A stretch of DNA of 25,320 nt from assembly GCA_049314435.1 (NCBI GenBank), contig JBMOFD010000022.1, positions 1 to 25,320 of the forward strand, written 5' to 3'. This DNA comes from Chlamydiia bacterium. Its GTDB lineage: Bacteria > Chlamydiota > Chlamydiia > Chlamydiales > JBMOFD01. A program made the translations under genes and the position numbers. Shown in pieces: positions 16,474-25,320 of this stretch. Position 1 is the first letter of the stretch; each line of letters opens with the position of its first letter. A model generated the notes under the pieces. It saw nothing but the letters and a program-made list of their open reading frames with translations, searched no databases and was not told the DNA's origin.

Positions 16474-16722
16474 ATCTTCTGAGACTGTCAGATATATTTT
16501 TGAAAACATTTGCATGTAATACCTTCAAACACAATGAGATACGCAAACTGTCTTCTCAGACCTAGTTTGGGTGTCAGAGGGGACTAACAGAGTGCAGTCG
16601 CATACAAACAGGTCAACTGATTCGACTCTTTCTGCGTTCCGATTGTCGATCCATTGCAACAGGGTTAATGGAATATAAATTTTTTACTGACCGCCCAAGA
16701 CAAAGCGCCGCTTCCTGTGGAC

Positions 16723-16751
16723 TTGCGAAGTCAGACGTCGTTCCCTACAAT
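16723..16751 (+). promoter_or_regulatory. hrcA operon promoter
   Basis: TTGCGA (16723-16728), 17-bp spacer, TACAAT (16746-16751), directly before the CIRCE. Confidence 0.75.
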
Positions 16752-16755
16752 AGAT

Positions 16756-16782
16756 TTAGCAATTGGGTGCCGTGTCTGCTAA
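16756..16782. promoter_or_regulatory. CIRCE operator (HrcA binding site)
   Basis: TTAGCAatt-N9-gtcTGCTAA matches TTAGCACTC-N9-GAGTGCTAA at 7/9 in each arm and fits TAGCA-N15-TGCTAA exactly. Confidence 0.88.
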
Positions 16783-17968
16783 ATACAAAAGAATCTCTCC
16801 GCGGAGCCACGATAAGCAGGCTCGCAGCTATCAGGTTTTATTAGGGCTTGTGGAGCTTTTCATCCAGACGGGCCGGCCCGTAGGCAGCCAACAGTTGCAA
16901 CGCGAGGGCTTTCCGCAGCTGAGTCCGGCGACCATCCGTAACTATCTTGCAGAACTAGAAGAGCTAGGCTTGCTGCAGCAGCAGCACAGCTCGGCTGGCC
17001 GCGTCCCGTCGGAACATGGACTGCGCCTATATGCTCATCATGCGGCTGAGACCCCCCTTCTCCATCCAGAAGATCGGCAGCTGCTGGATCGATGCGGAGC
17101 GCATGAGGGTCGCGATGTAGGGACGTTCCTACAGAATGTCTTGGAAGCACTGAGTGTAGGCTCCGGCTGCGTAGCCTGTGGTCTCTCCCCACGGTTCGAT
17201 CACGATTTTGTGCAGTCTATCCGCCTGGTTGGCATCGACAATCAGCGCATCCTTGTTGTATTGATCACCGATTTTGGCTTTGTCTCGTCCGAACTCGTGC
17301 AAGTGGAAGAGAGCCCTGGCTTCCTCGCTCTGAAGCGCCTGGAACAGGCTCTGCAGGCAAAGCTATGTGGTGATTCAAAGGAGCTGGCAGCTTTGGAGGA
17401 GCCTGATCAGGCCATTGCGCAGCAGCTCTATAGCGAGTCGATGTTGCGGCACATTGTGCGCTATGCGCAGTTTTGGGAAGAGGAGGTCACTTACACTGGC
17501 GTCTCCCGTCTGATCCAGTTTCCCGAGTTTGCGCAGGTACGCACCCTCGGAGAGGGCATCTCCCTTCTTGACCATCCCCATGCACTGCGTTCGCTGCTCA
17601 AGGATTGCATGCACGATCGCGCTCCCCGCTTCTGGGTGGGCTCCGATCTACCGATGGACACGAGGGAGTGCTCTGTGCTGGCCATCCCCTATAGCATGCA
17701 GGGGCATTCTCTAGGCGCCATTGGTTTGTTGGGACCTATGAGGATCCCCTATGGCCGGCTAATGGGCCTGCTTCAACATGCTTCGGAGATGATCCAGACT
17801 GTTCTCACGCGCTGCCTATATAAGCATCGTATTTCCTATCGGCAACCACAGCCCCATGTTCTGTACCTCCCCACCGCTGATCAGCTGCTGATCCACCGCG
17901 AGGGGCCTGCCGAAAGTTTTGATTCCATAGAAGAGGTTTCCATCCATGATCGATCCGGATCAACCTGA
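16763..17968 (+). CDS. hrcA: Heat-inducible transcription repressor HrcA
   Basis: PVGS..L, LSPATIRN, HSSAGRVP and IGLLGPMRIPY, plus a C-terminal extension. Start is uncertain (TTG 16763 or GTG 16772). Confidence 0.94.
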   Translation: MGAVSAKYKRISPRSHDKQARSYQVLLGLVELFIQTGRPVGSQQLQREGFPQLSPATIRNYLAELEELGLLQQQHSSAGRVPSEHGLRLYAHHAAETPLLHPEDRQLLDRCGAHEGRDVGTFLQNVLEALSVGSGCVACGLSPRFDHDFVQSIRLVGIDNQRILVVLITDFGFVSSELVQVEESPGFLALKRLEQALQAKLCGDSKELAALEEPDQAIAQQLYSESMLRHIVRYAQFWEEEVTYTGVSRLIQFPEFAQVRTLGEGISLLDHPHALRSLLKDCMHDRAPRFWVGSDLPMDTRECSVLAIPYSMQGHSLGAIGLLGPMRIPYGRLMGLLQHASEMIQTVLTRCLYKHRISYRQPQPHVLYLPTADQLLIHREGPAESFDSIEEVSIHDRSGST

Positions 17969-18503
17969 TATCCCCTTCCCTGAGGAAGAGGAGTCGGTCC
18001 AACAAAGCGAACTACTCACCGCAGGTGAGCTCTCTGCCTTACACGCCAAGGCAGCCGAGGCCGAGGAGTACCGTGAAAAGTATTTGCGCGGCCTGGCTGA
18101 GATGGAGAACGCTAAGAAGCGTCTCTCCAGAGAAAAAGCGGAGATCGTTAAGTACTCCAACGAATCGCTGATCTCCGATCTGCTGGCACCTCTAGACAAT
18201 CTAGAGAATGCGCTGCAGTACGCTGAGCAGGGTTCTGCTGAGGTGCAGCACTGGGCTCTTGGCTTCCGCATGATTGTGCAACAGTTCACTGACGCGCTCG
18301 CGCGCGCTGGAGCTGCGCCCTATTCCAGCCTTGGGCAACCCTTTGATCCCAACCTGCACGACGCAGTCGAAGTCGTCGAAGTGTCCGAAGACAAACCGGA
18401 AGGGCACGTAGTGAAGGAGTTCGTCAAAGGCTACCGCGTAGCGGACCGCGTGATCCGTCCAGCTCGAGTGCAAGTCTCTAAATATCAAGATAATCAAACA
18501 TAA
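17946..18503 (+). CDS. grpE: Nucleotide exchange factor GrpE
   Basis: LRGLAEMEN.KKR, LDNLENAL, FDPNLHDAV and KGY...RVIRPARVQVS. Confidence 0.96.
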   Translation: MIDPDQPDIPFPEEEESVQQSELLTAGELSALHAKAAEAEEYREKYLRGLAEMENAKKRLSREKAEIVKYSNESLISDLLAPLDNLENALQYAEQGSAEVQHWALGFRMIVQQFTDALARAGAAPYSSLGQPFDPNLHDAVEVVEVSEDKPEGHVVKEFVKGYRVADRVIRPARVQVSKYQDNQT

Positions 18504-18515
18504 CAAGGTGATCAT

Positions 18516-20426
18516 ATGACTCAATCTAAGTCTGGGGCTCCCATCATTGGTATTGACCTCGGTACCACCAATTCCTGTGTAGCGGTGATGGAAGGTGGGG
18601 CCTTCAAAGTTATCCCTAACGCGGAAGGAACGAACACGACTCCTTCCGTAGTTTCTCTGAAGGGTGCGGAACGCATTGTCGGGATCCCTGCTAAGCGGCA
18701 GATGATCACGAATCCGATGCAGTCGCTCTTCAGCACAAAGCGCTTCATCGGACGCAAATTCTCCGAGGTGCAGGACGAGATCAAGCTCGTGCCCTATAAG
18801 GTCGTCGCGGATGCCAATGGCAATGCTGTCTTTGAGATAGAAGGCAAAATAGTCACGCCTGAAGAGGCTGCTGCCATGGTCCTGACCAAAATGAAAGAGA
18901 CGGCAGAAGCCTATCTCGGACAGAAGGTCACGGAAGCGGTCATCACGGTCCCTGCCTATTTCAACGATTCGCAGAGACAGTCGACCAAGGACGCTGGACG
19001 GATTGCTGGCCTCGACGTCAAACGCATCATCAACGAACCCACAGCTGCAGCGCTGGCTTACGGCCTCGACAAGGGTGGTGAGAAGAAGATTGCTGTGTTT
19101 GACTTGGGTGGCGGCACGTTCGACATTTCGATTCTTGAGATCGGTGATGGCGTCTTCCAGGTGCTCTCGACGAACGGGGATACGCACTTGGGCGGAGACG
19201 ACTTTGACGCTACCATCATGCATTGGATGGTCGATGAGTTCCGCGCTCAAACCGGGATCGATCTGAAGAATGACAAGATGGCCCTACAGCGTCTGCGCGA
19301 TGCTGCTGAACGAGCCAAGGTCGAACTTTCCAGCACCATCTCTACAGAGATCAACCAGCCCTTTATCACAATGGATGCGACTGGGCCCAAGCACCTCCAG
19401 CTGACACTCACACGTGCCAAACTGGAAAGCCTCTGCCATCCGTTGCTAGAACGCCTCAAAGAACCTTGCATCAAGGCTCTGCGTGATGCTGGCCTCGACG
19501 CGAGCAAGCTCCAAGAAGTGATTCTGGTTGGTGGAATGACGAGGATGCCAGCTGTCCAGGCAGTGGCTAAGGATCTCTTCCAAAGGGAGCCTCACCGTGG
19601 AGTCAACCCAGACGAAGTTGTGGCCATCGGTGCTGCGATCCAAGGTGGCGTTCTTCGTGGTGAAGTCAAAGATGTTCTGCTCCTCGACGTGATTCCCCTT
19701 ACCTTTGGTATTGAGACCTTAGGGGGCATCATGACGCCCATCGTGGAACGCAACACAACGATCCCCGTACAGCGCAAGCAAGTCTTCTCGACGGCTGTTG
19801 ACAATCAAACAGCGGTGACGATTGTGGTCCTACAAGGCGAGCGCAAGCTGGCCCGCGACAACAAAGAAGTCGGCCGATTCGACCTGTCTGAGCTACCTCC
19901 TGCACCACGTGGGATGCCACAGATCGAAGTGAGCTTCGACATCGATGCCAACGGGATCCTCCATGTTCATGCGAAGGATCAGGCCACCGGCAAAGAGCAG
20001 AAGATCCGTATCGAAGCGAAGTCTGGTCTCAACGAAGAAGAGATCAAGCGGATGCTCCGGGATGCAGAGCTCCATGCTGATGAAGACAAGCTGCGCAAGG
20101 CTGAGATCGAAGCACGCAACGAGGCCGATGCTCTGGTCTTCCAAGCTGAAAAGTCTCTGCTTGAGTACAAAGACAAGCTGCCTGCAGAGATCGTGTCTGA
20201 AATTCAGGGCAAGATCGATGGAGTCAAAACGGCCATGGCGGGTGGAAGCCCCGATGCGCTACGCACAGCGAGCGATGCGTTGAACCACTCTCTCTCCAAG
20301 ATTGGCGAGACGATGGCGAAGGCAAGCCAGGCTCAACCAGGAGCTGGTGCTACAGCCAATGCAGATGGGGAACCAGAAGTGCAAGAGGCCGATGTAGAAA
20401 TCCTGGATGCTGAGGACACGAAGTAA
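18516..20426 (+). CDS. dnaK: Chaperone DnaK
   Basis: [25 protein letters not shown] and [18 protein letters not shown]. Confidence 0.99.
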   Translation: MTQSKSGAPIIGIDLGTTNSCVAVMEGGAFKVIPNAEGTNTTPSVVSLKGAERIVGIPAKRQMITNPMQSLFSTKRFIGRKFSEVQDEIKLVPYKVVADANGNAVFEIEGKIVTPEEAAAMVLTKMKETAEAYLGQKVTEAVITVPAYFNDSQRQSTKDAGRIAGLDVKRIINEPTAAALAYGLDKGGEKKIAVFDLGGGTFDISILEIGDGVFQVLSTNGDTHLGGDDFDATIMHWMVDEFRAQTGIDLKNDKMALQRLRDAAERAKVELSSTISTEINQPFITMDATGPKHLQLTLTRAKLESLCHPLLERLKEPCIKALRDAGLDASKLQEVILVGGMTRMPAVQAVAKDLFQREPHRGVNPDEVVAIGAAIQGGVLRGEVKDVLLLDVIPLTFGIETLGGIMTPIVERNTTIPVQRKQVFSTAVDNQTAVTIVVLQGERKLARDNKEVGRFDLSELPPAPRGMPQIEVSFDIDANGILHVHAKDQATGKEQKIRIEAKSGLNEEEIKRMLRDAELHADEDKLRKAEIEARNEADALVFQAEKSLLEYKDKLPAEIVSEIQGKIDGVKTAMAGGSPDALRTASDALNHSLSKIGETMAKASQAQPGAGATANADGEPEVQEADVEILDAEDTK

Positions 20427-20457
20427 TTCTCAGCTAAGCATGTTCTAGCAAGTGGTG

Positions 20458-20495
20458 GCTCGCTCCTACCTTTGGGTGGGAGCGAGCTTTTTTTT
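20458..20495 (+). terminator. Rho-independent terminator after dnaK
   Basis: GCTCGCTCCTACC-tttg-GGTGGGAGCGAGC followed by T8. Confidence 0.92.
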
Positions 20496-20496
20496 G

Positions 20497-22404
20497 CTAT
20501 CTTCCAAACAAGCGCATCACGTCAAAGATCGTCACATAGAGAAGCAGGCCTACGATCATCACCACGCATGGAAGGTAGATCCATTTCACAGCGGATGCGG
20601 AAAGACGACGGCCTGTCGCCCATTCCCAACAGAGAATAAGGATCCTACCGCCATCCAGGATGGGCAAAGGAAGGAGGTTGAACACAGCCAGGGTCAAACT
20701 CACCATAGCCAAGAGATGCAGAGCGCCGGCTACAGAGTCGGTCCAGCTACGCTGCATCGCAGACACCATGCCTACCGGTCCACTGATGTACTGCGTGTTG
20801 ATCTGTCCCAAGGCCAGCTTTTTAATAGAGAGGATCGAGTCGTTGAACGCACTCGTCATCTGGATCCATGGTCCTGGATTGTACTGCACCCGTAAGTCCT
20901 TCAATGCCCCGTTCTGGAACCCAGGATTGTTATTGTCGCGAACTGCCTGCAACCGAGCCAAGAGCATCTCCCTCTCGCTGGCATTGGTAAGGGAGAGGGC
21001 TTGTTGACGGTCCTGCTCAAAGCCTAACTCAAGTTCTTCTCGCGTCTGAGGCGACATATCAAACTGCGTTATGGGCTTTGGAGTGAAGGGCTGTAACATG
21101 AAGACGGAGCCAGCCGAGATCAGCTGTTTACCTTGAATGAACTCCTGCACAAGCAGGCGCAGCCAGGAGGCACTCGCAGTCGTTTGCATGAGATCCTTGG
21201 CCACTGCATCCGTCATAACGTCTGGCAAGGCTTGCCTGGAAACCAACAGGTGGACCCGTTTCACTTGAAGCTCTTTGAGGAACTCCGGGCCAGAGGTCAC
21301 CGGGTGCCCCCCTACGGCAGTGATCCGATCCCCCGCCTGCAGGTATTGGGACGCCAAAAATGCATAGTCGCTCTGCTGAGGCTCATCCGCGGGAGGATAG
21401 ACCTGGCTCTTCTGCACGACCAGCTGAGCGTTCAATTCAACAGGGAGAATCCAGATCGAGCCCTGTTTCTGCTTTAAGCCTGCTGCAAAGAACCAGTCCA
21501 CCCATTCGTTTTTCCCAGATGGGCTGAAAGCGACTTGCTCCAATCGTTTGCGAGGCACCCGCGCCAACATGGGCACGCCACCTCGCTCGATGGTCAACAG
21601 AGTCAACTCATCGCTGAGCAGATCGAGGATCTGGCGTGGGGACCAGAGCATGGCCCCATCCATCCAGATCAGCCGATCGCCCACCTGAATCCCAGACTGT
21701 AGGATGGGGGCGCCCTCCAAGAATGGATTGCTGCTAGCAGCCTCGCCCACAACCAAAAACCGGGCAGGAAACCAGAGAGGCCTGATGATGTCCGATACCG
21801 GGACCTGCTGAATAGAGACCGTGAACGGGTCACCGGGCTCGGTCCGCCCTAAGGCACTCCTTGCCTCTACCGTGAGCTGACCACCTGCCAACGAAGCAAA
21901 GATCATCTCTCCACGATGCCGATAGGGTCTTCCATCCAGGCTAACGATCTCGTCCCCATTCTGAAGACCTCGACCGGCCAGAGGGCTGCTCTGCTCAATC
22001 GCGCCGATATAGGGGCTTACCTCGGCAAAGGGCAGAACACGGCCGCCTAAGACAAAGATGAGACTGAAGAGAACGATGGCGACAAGCCAATTCGCAAAAG
22101 GACCAGCAAAGGCCACCAGCATCTTTTTCCACGCCGCTACGTCGGGACCTGGGTCTGACTCTACTGGATCATCCGACTCCACCCCCATGCTGCGCATCAA
22201 TACGTAGCCGCCAAAGGGGAACCAGCCAACCTGCCAGCGAACTCCGCGCCACATGGTGCTCCAGATCGGCTTACCAAAACCGATACTGAAGACGTCGACC
22301 TGAATGCCATACCATCTGGCCACAAGAAAATGGCCCAGCTCATGCAGAAAGATGAGCAGACCAAATCCCAACAAAGAAAGGAGCAGACCAAACAGAGAAG
22401 ACAT
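20497..22404 (-). CDS. rseP: Site-2 (M50) membrane metalloprotease RseP with PDZ domains
   Basis: HELGH, FSIGFG, PFGGYV, AGPFAN, PDZ-like GD.I repeats and NLLPLPILDGG. Start is ATG 22404 or GTG 22416. Confidence 0.92.
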   Translation of the reverse strand: MSSLFGLLLSLLGFGLLIFLHELGHFLVARWYGIQVDVFSIGFGKPIWSTMWRGVRWQVGWFPFGGYVLMRSMGVESDDPVESDPGPDVAAWKKMLVAFAGPFANWLVAIVLFSLIFVLGGRVLPFAEVSPYIGAIEQSSPLAGRGLQNGDEIVSLDGRPYRHRGEMIFASLAGGQLTVEARSALGRTEPGDPFTVSIQQVPVSDIIRPLWFPARFLVVGEAASSNPFLEGAPILQSGIQVGDRLIWMDGAMLWSPRQILDLLSDELTLLTIERGGVPMLARVPRKRLEQVAFSPSGKNEWVDWFFAAGLKQKQGSIWILPVELNAQLVVQKSQVYPPADEPQQSDYAFLASQYLQAGDRITAVGGHPVTSGPEFLKELQVKRVHLLVSRQALPDVMTDAVAKDLMQTTASASWLRLLVQEFIQGKQLISAGSVFMLQPFTPKPITQFDMSPQTREELELGFEQDRQQALSLTNASEREMLLARLQAVRDNNNPGFQNGALKDLRVQYNPGPWIQMTSAFNDSILSIKKLALGQINTQYISGPVGMVSAMQRSWTDSVAGALHLLAMVSLTLAVFNLLPLPILDGGRILILCWEWATGRRLSASAVKWIYLPCVVMIVGLLLYVTIFDVMRLFGR

Positions 22405-22470
22405 TATGCAAACCACAGTGGAGTATCCAGTTCATAGTAGCCGAAAAGGACGAAATCCGTTGGTGGCACC

Positions 22471-22870
22471 CTATACCATTCCTCCCAGAGCGACGCAGGA
22501 CCAAAGCTCATGAGAGCATTTGCCCCTACCAACATCTTGCCTAGGATCAGTGGCAGCCCTCAGGAGAGAACGGATGTGACCGAAAGGGTACAGGCTACCG
22601 CCCAATGCCGACCGCTGGTTCCTGCGCTTCAGGCCAGTCTTTCGGATCCTCCTCGACGGATGATTCCCTTTGCCGCACAGCAGCTGCAATTCCTCTTGTT
22701 CTTCCTTGGTGAGACTGACCTTGTATCGCTTCAAGCTCACCCCGCTGGCAGCCGTCCTCACCCCTCAAAACTTATTGCGCGTCTTGTAGCGCTCGTCAGA
22801 GGTTCTGAGCCTTCGGAAGGTATTCTAGGCGACCCTGACCGCTCAAAACTTTTTGCGCGGACTACTGGTA
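22471..22870 (-). mobile_element. Degenerate IS630-family remnant (left end plus start of transposase)
   Basis: TTG 22734 after GGGGTG gives KRYKVSLTKEEQEELQLLCGKG.HPSRRIRK, which resembles IS630 transposase N-termini. No DDE domain follows; boundaries are approximate. Confidence 0.55.
22756..22859. repeat. Two imperfect 26-bp direct repeats
   Basis: CCTCACCCCTCAAAACTTATTGCGCG (22756-22781) and CCTGACCGCTCAAAACTTTTTGCGCG (22834-22859) are 23/26 identical. Confidence 0.8.
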
Positions 22871-22892
22871 CTGCGTCATACCAACGGCTGGA

Positions 22893-24110
22893 TCACGATG
22901 GGGCCCTATAAAAATGGAGTGCCCTAATGGCTTCGACTAGTTCCCTCGTCTTAGGGAAGTTCTCAAGCAGGGCCCATTTGTCAGACTGCCGCCAATACGA
23001 AAAAGCCTCCGCACACCGTTGTTCTGGAGTAGCGTATGGAGGGATACGATAAACGATCACATCGTGAAGGCGGACGTTGATAGCCACAGGCGTCCCCTCT
23101 CCTCCTCCATCTGATGGAGCAGGCACATTGATGGAGAGGTCTATCGGAATTCTGTGATATCCCAGCCAGCTCTCGTAGTAGGCTCGCTTGAGATCTTTGG
23201 GTGGCTTGCTCAACCTGCTGTCAAGAGGCTCAAGGTGGTCCTGCAAAAATTCAATACACTCTAGAGCCAAACAAAAGCTCTCATCTAGAGTACAAGCGTT
23301 GCGGCTGCCTACTGAGGCTCGAAACTGCAGGGATGATTCCGTAGGGACCGCATCATACCTTTCAGTTGGCTTAAGAGGTTGTAGAGAGAGAACAACGAAA
23401 CCTTTGGACTCGAGATACTCCAGGAGCTTGATGGCTGGCGCCCTCTTCCATTCTTGGGGGACATTCCGCAGGCCACCTCCCGCTTGCTCATTCATCTGTT
23501 GGCGACGTCCCAGCTCCCGATTCAGCAGCTCATTAGCCCGCTCTTCCGAAATCTGTGGATGTTCAAGCCATTCCCTGGTGGCTTTGTGGACTAAGGGCCA
23601 TCTAGAGGGGTCGCCGTGTTGTGCCAGAATGTCCTGTAGGGGTTGATGGACAGAGTCCTTGGTCCCTCCGTTGGGCAGCCAGATGATCTCTCCTCGATCA
23701 CACCTCGCAAAGGCGGATTCATTGCCTGGCTGATAGGGCCTGGCACAACTCACTGAACAGCCCACTGGAAAGATCTTTCTGTAGGTAAAGAGCTGAAACA
23801 GCTCGTTGAGTTCCTCATCCTGCACAAAGACCTGAGACCAGTCCTCCATCACATCCAGTAGGGCCCCTAAGGCCTCCTTCTGGTGGCGAATGCGCTCATC
23901 TTTATAACCATATCTCGGCATAGAAAGACCAGTCCCCGCCACAAGAGAATAGCCTATCTGCCCGCCCTGGAATGGCAGTGGGGCGATTTGAGCCTTGGCA
24001 GCAAAGCGCCTTTCAACCTGGTCCACTCGGTCTTGCCATAGATACGTGGTCGTCGCCTGGAGTCCAGGCATAGAAGTCCACAACGCCAAACAAATAGTTG
24101 CTCTGATCAT
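22893..24110 (-). CDS. Hypothetical exported protein; candidate immunity partner of the Rhs protein
   Basis: 405-aa ORF with a signal-peptide-like N-terminus (MIRATICLALWTSMPGLQA) and an ATGA overlap with the Rhs stop. No domain recognised. Confidence 0.65.
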   Translation of the reverse strand: MIRATICLALWTSMPGLQATTTYLWQDRVDQVERRFAAKAQIAPLPFQGGQIGYSLVAGTGLSMPRYGYKDERIRHQKEALGALLDVMEDWSQVFVQDEELNELFQLFTYRKIFPVGCSVSCARPYQPGNESAFARCDRGEIIWLPNGGTKDSVHQPLQDILAQHGDPSRWPLVHKATREWLEHPQISEERANELLNRELGRRQQMNEQAGGGLRNVPQEWKRAPAIKLLEYLESKGFVVLSLQPLKPTERYDAVPTESSLQFRASVGSRNACTLDESFCLALECIEFLQDHLEPLDSRLSKPPKDLKRAYYESWLGYHRIPIDLSINVPAPSDGGGEGTPVAINVRLHDVIVYRIPPYATPEQRCAEAFSYWRQSDKWALLENFPKTRELVEAIRALHFYRAPS

Positions 24111-25320
24111 GCTACAGCCCTCTCAGCCTCTTGTTCGAAAGTCATCTTCTCATGCTCAAGGTATAAGCAGCCCAACGAGGGCTCGTATCGCGGAATGAAG
24201 CTAGATACTGGGGCAGTGGCGTCAAAGTGAAAATCCAGTCGAAGATCCGTCTCTTCTTTCATAGCTTCGAGATGCTGTGAAGCCCAAAATCCATGCTTGT
24301 CACCGCCGTCAGGAACTGAGACCCACTGTACTCGGCCACAGTCGATCCCCTGCGCGATGGCCCTATCTCTCAAGGCACTCCCCAACTGGGAGACCGGATC
24401 GCCTTCTGAAAAAATGTGCACCACATCGGCCAAAGAACCATTCGCCCTATTCTTTGCGATGGGACAGGCAGGCGCGATGCCCACTGCTCGCGTCTGGGAA
24501 AGGACGCCCCTTCTAGCCAGCCCATCGATCACGGCATTTGTAGTCACCGCCCCGGCAGAGTGGCCAAAAGGCCAGATCAAACATTCCCCAAAGTCTCCCG
24601 CTACCTGGGCCTGCATGATGATGTTCTCCACCCCATCGGCCACTCCCGCGGTCGCTGGAGATGGCAACTGCCATCCCACAGCATCCGCACATGCATAGAC
24701 AGCCTCTATCCCCCAGATTCTTGGCCGATAGATACCGAAGACGACGGCATTTCCTCTGGCCATGGCAGGTGCAGCCACCCCCTGCACAGCACAGCAATGA
24801 TCCTCCACCGTGTTGTTGATGCCCGTGGCGACGAAATAGATGTCCTTCCGCCCCGGCTTCTTCATGAAGCGGTGCATGGCATCAGGCCACTGAGTCCCGC
24901 AGTCCTCAGGAAAGCACATGTAGAATTGGGGGGAAGCGCGTGTCCGGTAGGCGACTTCCGCCGCATACTTCACCGTCTTGTAGGCCACCCTAGCCCCCAA
25001 CATGATATCTTCACCCCATGGATCCGCACATCCAAGCGGGGCGTGATCACAATAGTGATGGTCCCACCATCCCTCTTGCACACCCTTCGGATCGGGACTC
25101 ACGAAGATGCCTAGCTCTGGGGCATAGATGCGCCGCCCAAAGTCAACCCAACCCACTTCGGCCAGCGTCCACTTCGCACGGTAGCCCCACTCACAGAGCG
25201 GTTGTGAGCTCACTCCAAACACGTCATACGTGGTCGTGCCTTCACCTTCTACCCAAACAACAGAACCCTGTAGATCGCAGAGCACCTCTTGCACCTGATC
25301 ACCCTCGATGCGAGCGATCA
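24107..25320 (-). CDS. Rhs repeat-associated core protein with a C-terminal alpha/beta-hydrolase-like domain (5' end outside window)
   Basis: Frame is open to the window edge. It has DLQGSV..YDVFG, FGRRIYAPELGIFVSPDPKG and core end ADPWG, then GINNT, GHSAG, GDPV and KH. Confidence 0.8.
   Translation of the reverse strand, partial: IARIEGDQVQEVLCDLQGSVVWVEGEGTTTYDVFGVSSQPLCEWGYRAKWTLAEVGWVDFGRRIYAPELGIFVSPDPKGVQEGWWDHHYCDHAPLGCADPWGEDIMLGARVAYKTVKYAAEVAYRTRASPQFYMCFPEDCGTQWPDAMHRFMKKPGRKDIYFVATGINNTVEDHCCAVQGVAAPAMARGNAVVFGIYRPRIWGIEAVYACADAVGWQLPSPATAGVADGVENIIMQAQVAGDFGECLIWPFGHSAGAVTTNAVIDGLARRGVLSQTRAVGIAPACPIAKNRANGSLADVVHIFSEGDPVSQLGSALRDRAIAQGIDCGRVQWVSVPDGGDKHGFWASQHLEAMKEETDLRLDFHFDATAPVSSFIPRYEPSLGCLYLEHEKMTFEQEAERAVA

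Noticed and set aside
18201..19250. 349-aa ORF antisense to grpE/dnaK
   Set aside because: Long antisense ORFs opposite dnaK/hsp70 are a well-known codon-pattern artefact, often mislabelled NAD-specific glutamate dehydrogenase. It lacks the GDH motifs present in the real gene at 11811-14840.
20426..20497. Absence of dnaJ after dnaK
   Set aside because: hrcA-grpE-dnaK with dnaJ elsewhere is the usual chlamydial arrangement, so it is not novel.
24416..25114. 232-aa plus-strand ORF and other short overlapping ORFs in the track
   Set aside because: They are antisense or off-frame shadows of well-supported genes, with no motifs of their own.

Overview
This 25.3 kb window looks like chromosomal DNA from an environmental Chlamydiae-type bacterium. 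The support is a UPF0158/CT429-like gene, an hrcA-grpE-dnaK operon with a TAGCA-N15-TGCTAA CIRCE and no dnaJ, a Cys-rich MOMP-like barrel and a SET-like protein; this taxonomy is inferred. Housekeeping genes are ftsK (partial), csaA, a YycJ-like hydrolase, serS, mnmH/selU, a large NAD-glutamate dehydrogenase, hrcA, grpE, dnaK and rseP. Accessory parts are an AAA/DUF4143 ATPase with a TetR-hemerythrin pair, an IS630-like remnant, and an Rhs protein with a lipase-like tip followed by a coupled secreted ORF. The most unusual feature is a ~620-bp tandem duplication between serS and selU. Each unit has a ~100-nt three-hairpin leader, with two compensatory base-pair changes between the copies, ahead of a small Cys-rich Inc-like membrane protein. 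A previously unnamed REP-like palindrome also occurs three times between genes. All calls were made by eye from motifs; no database searches were run.
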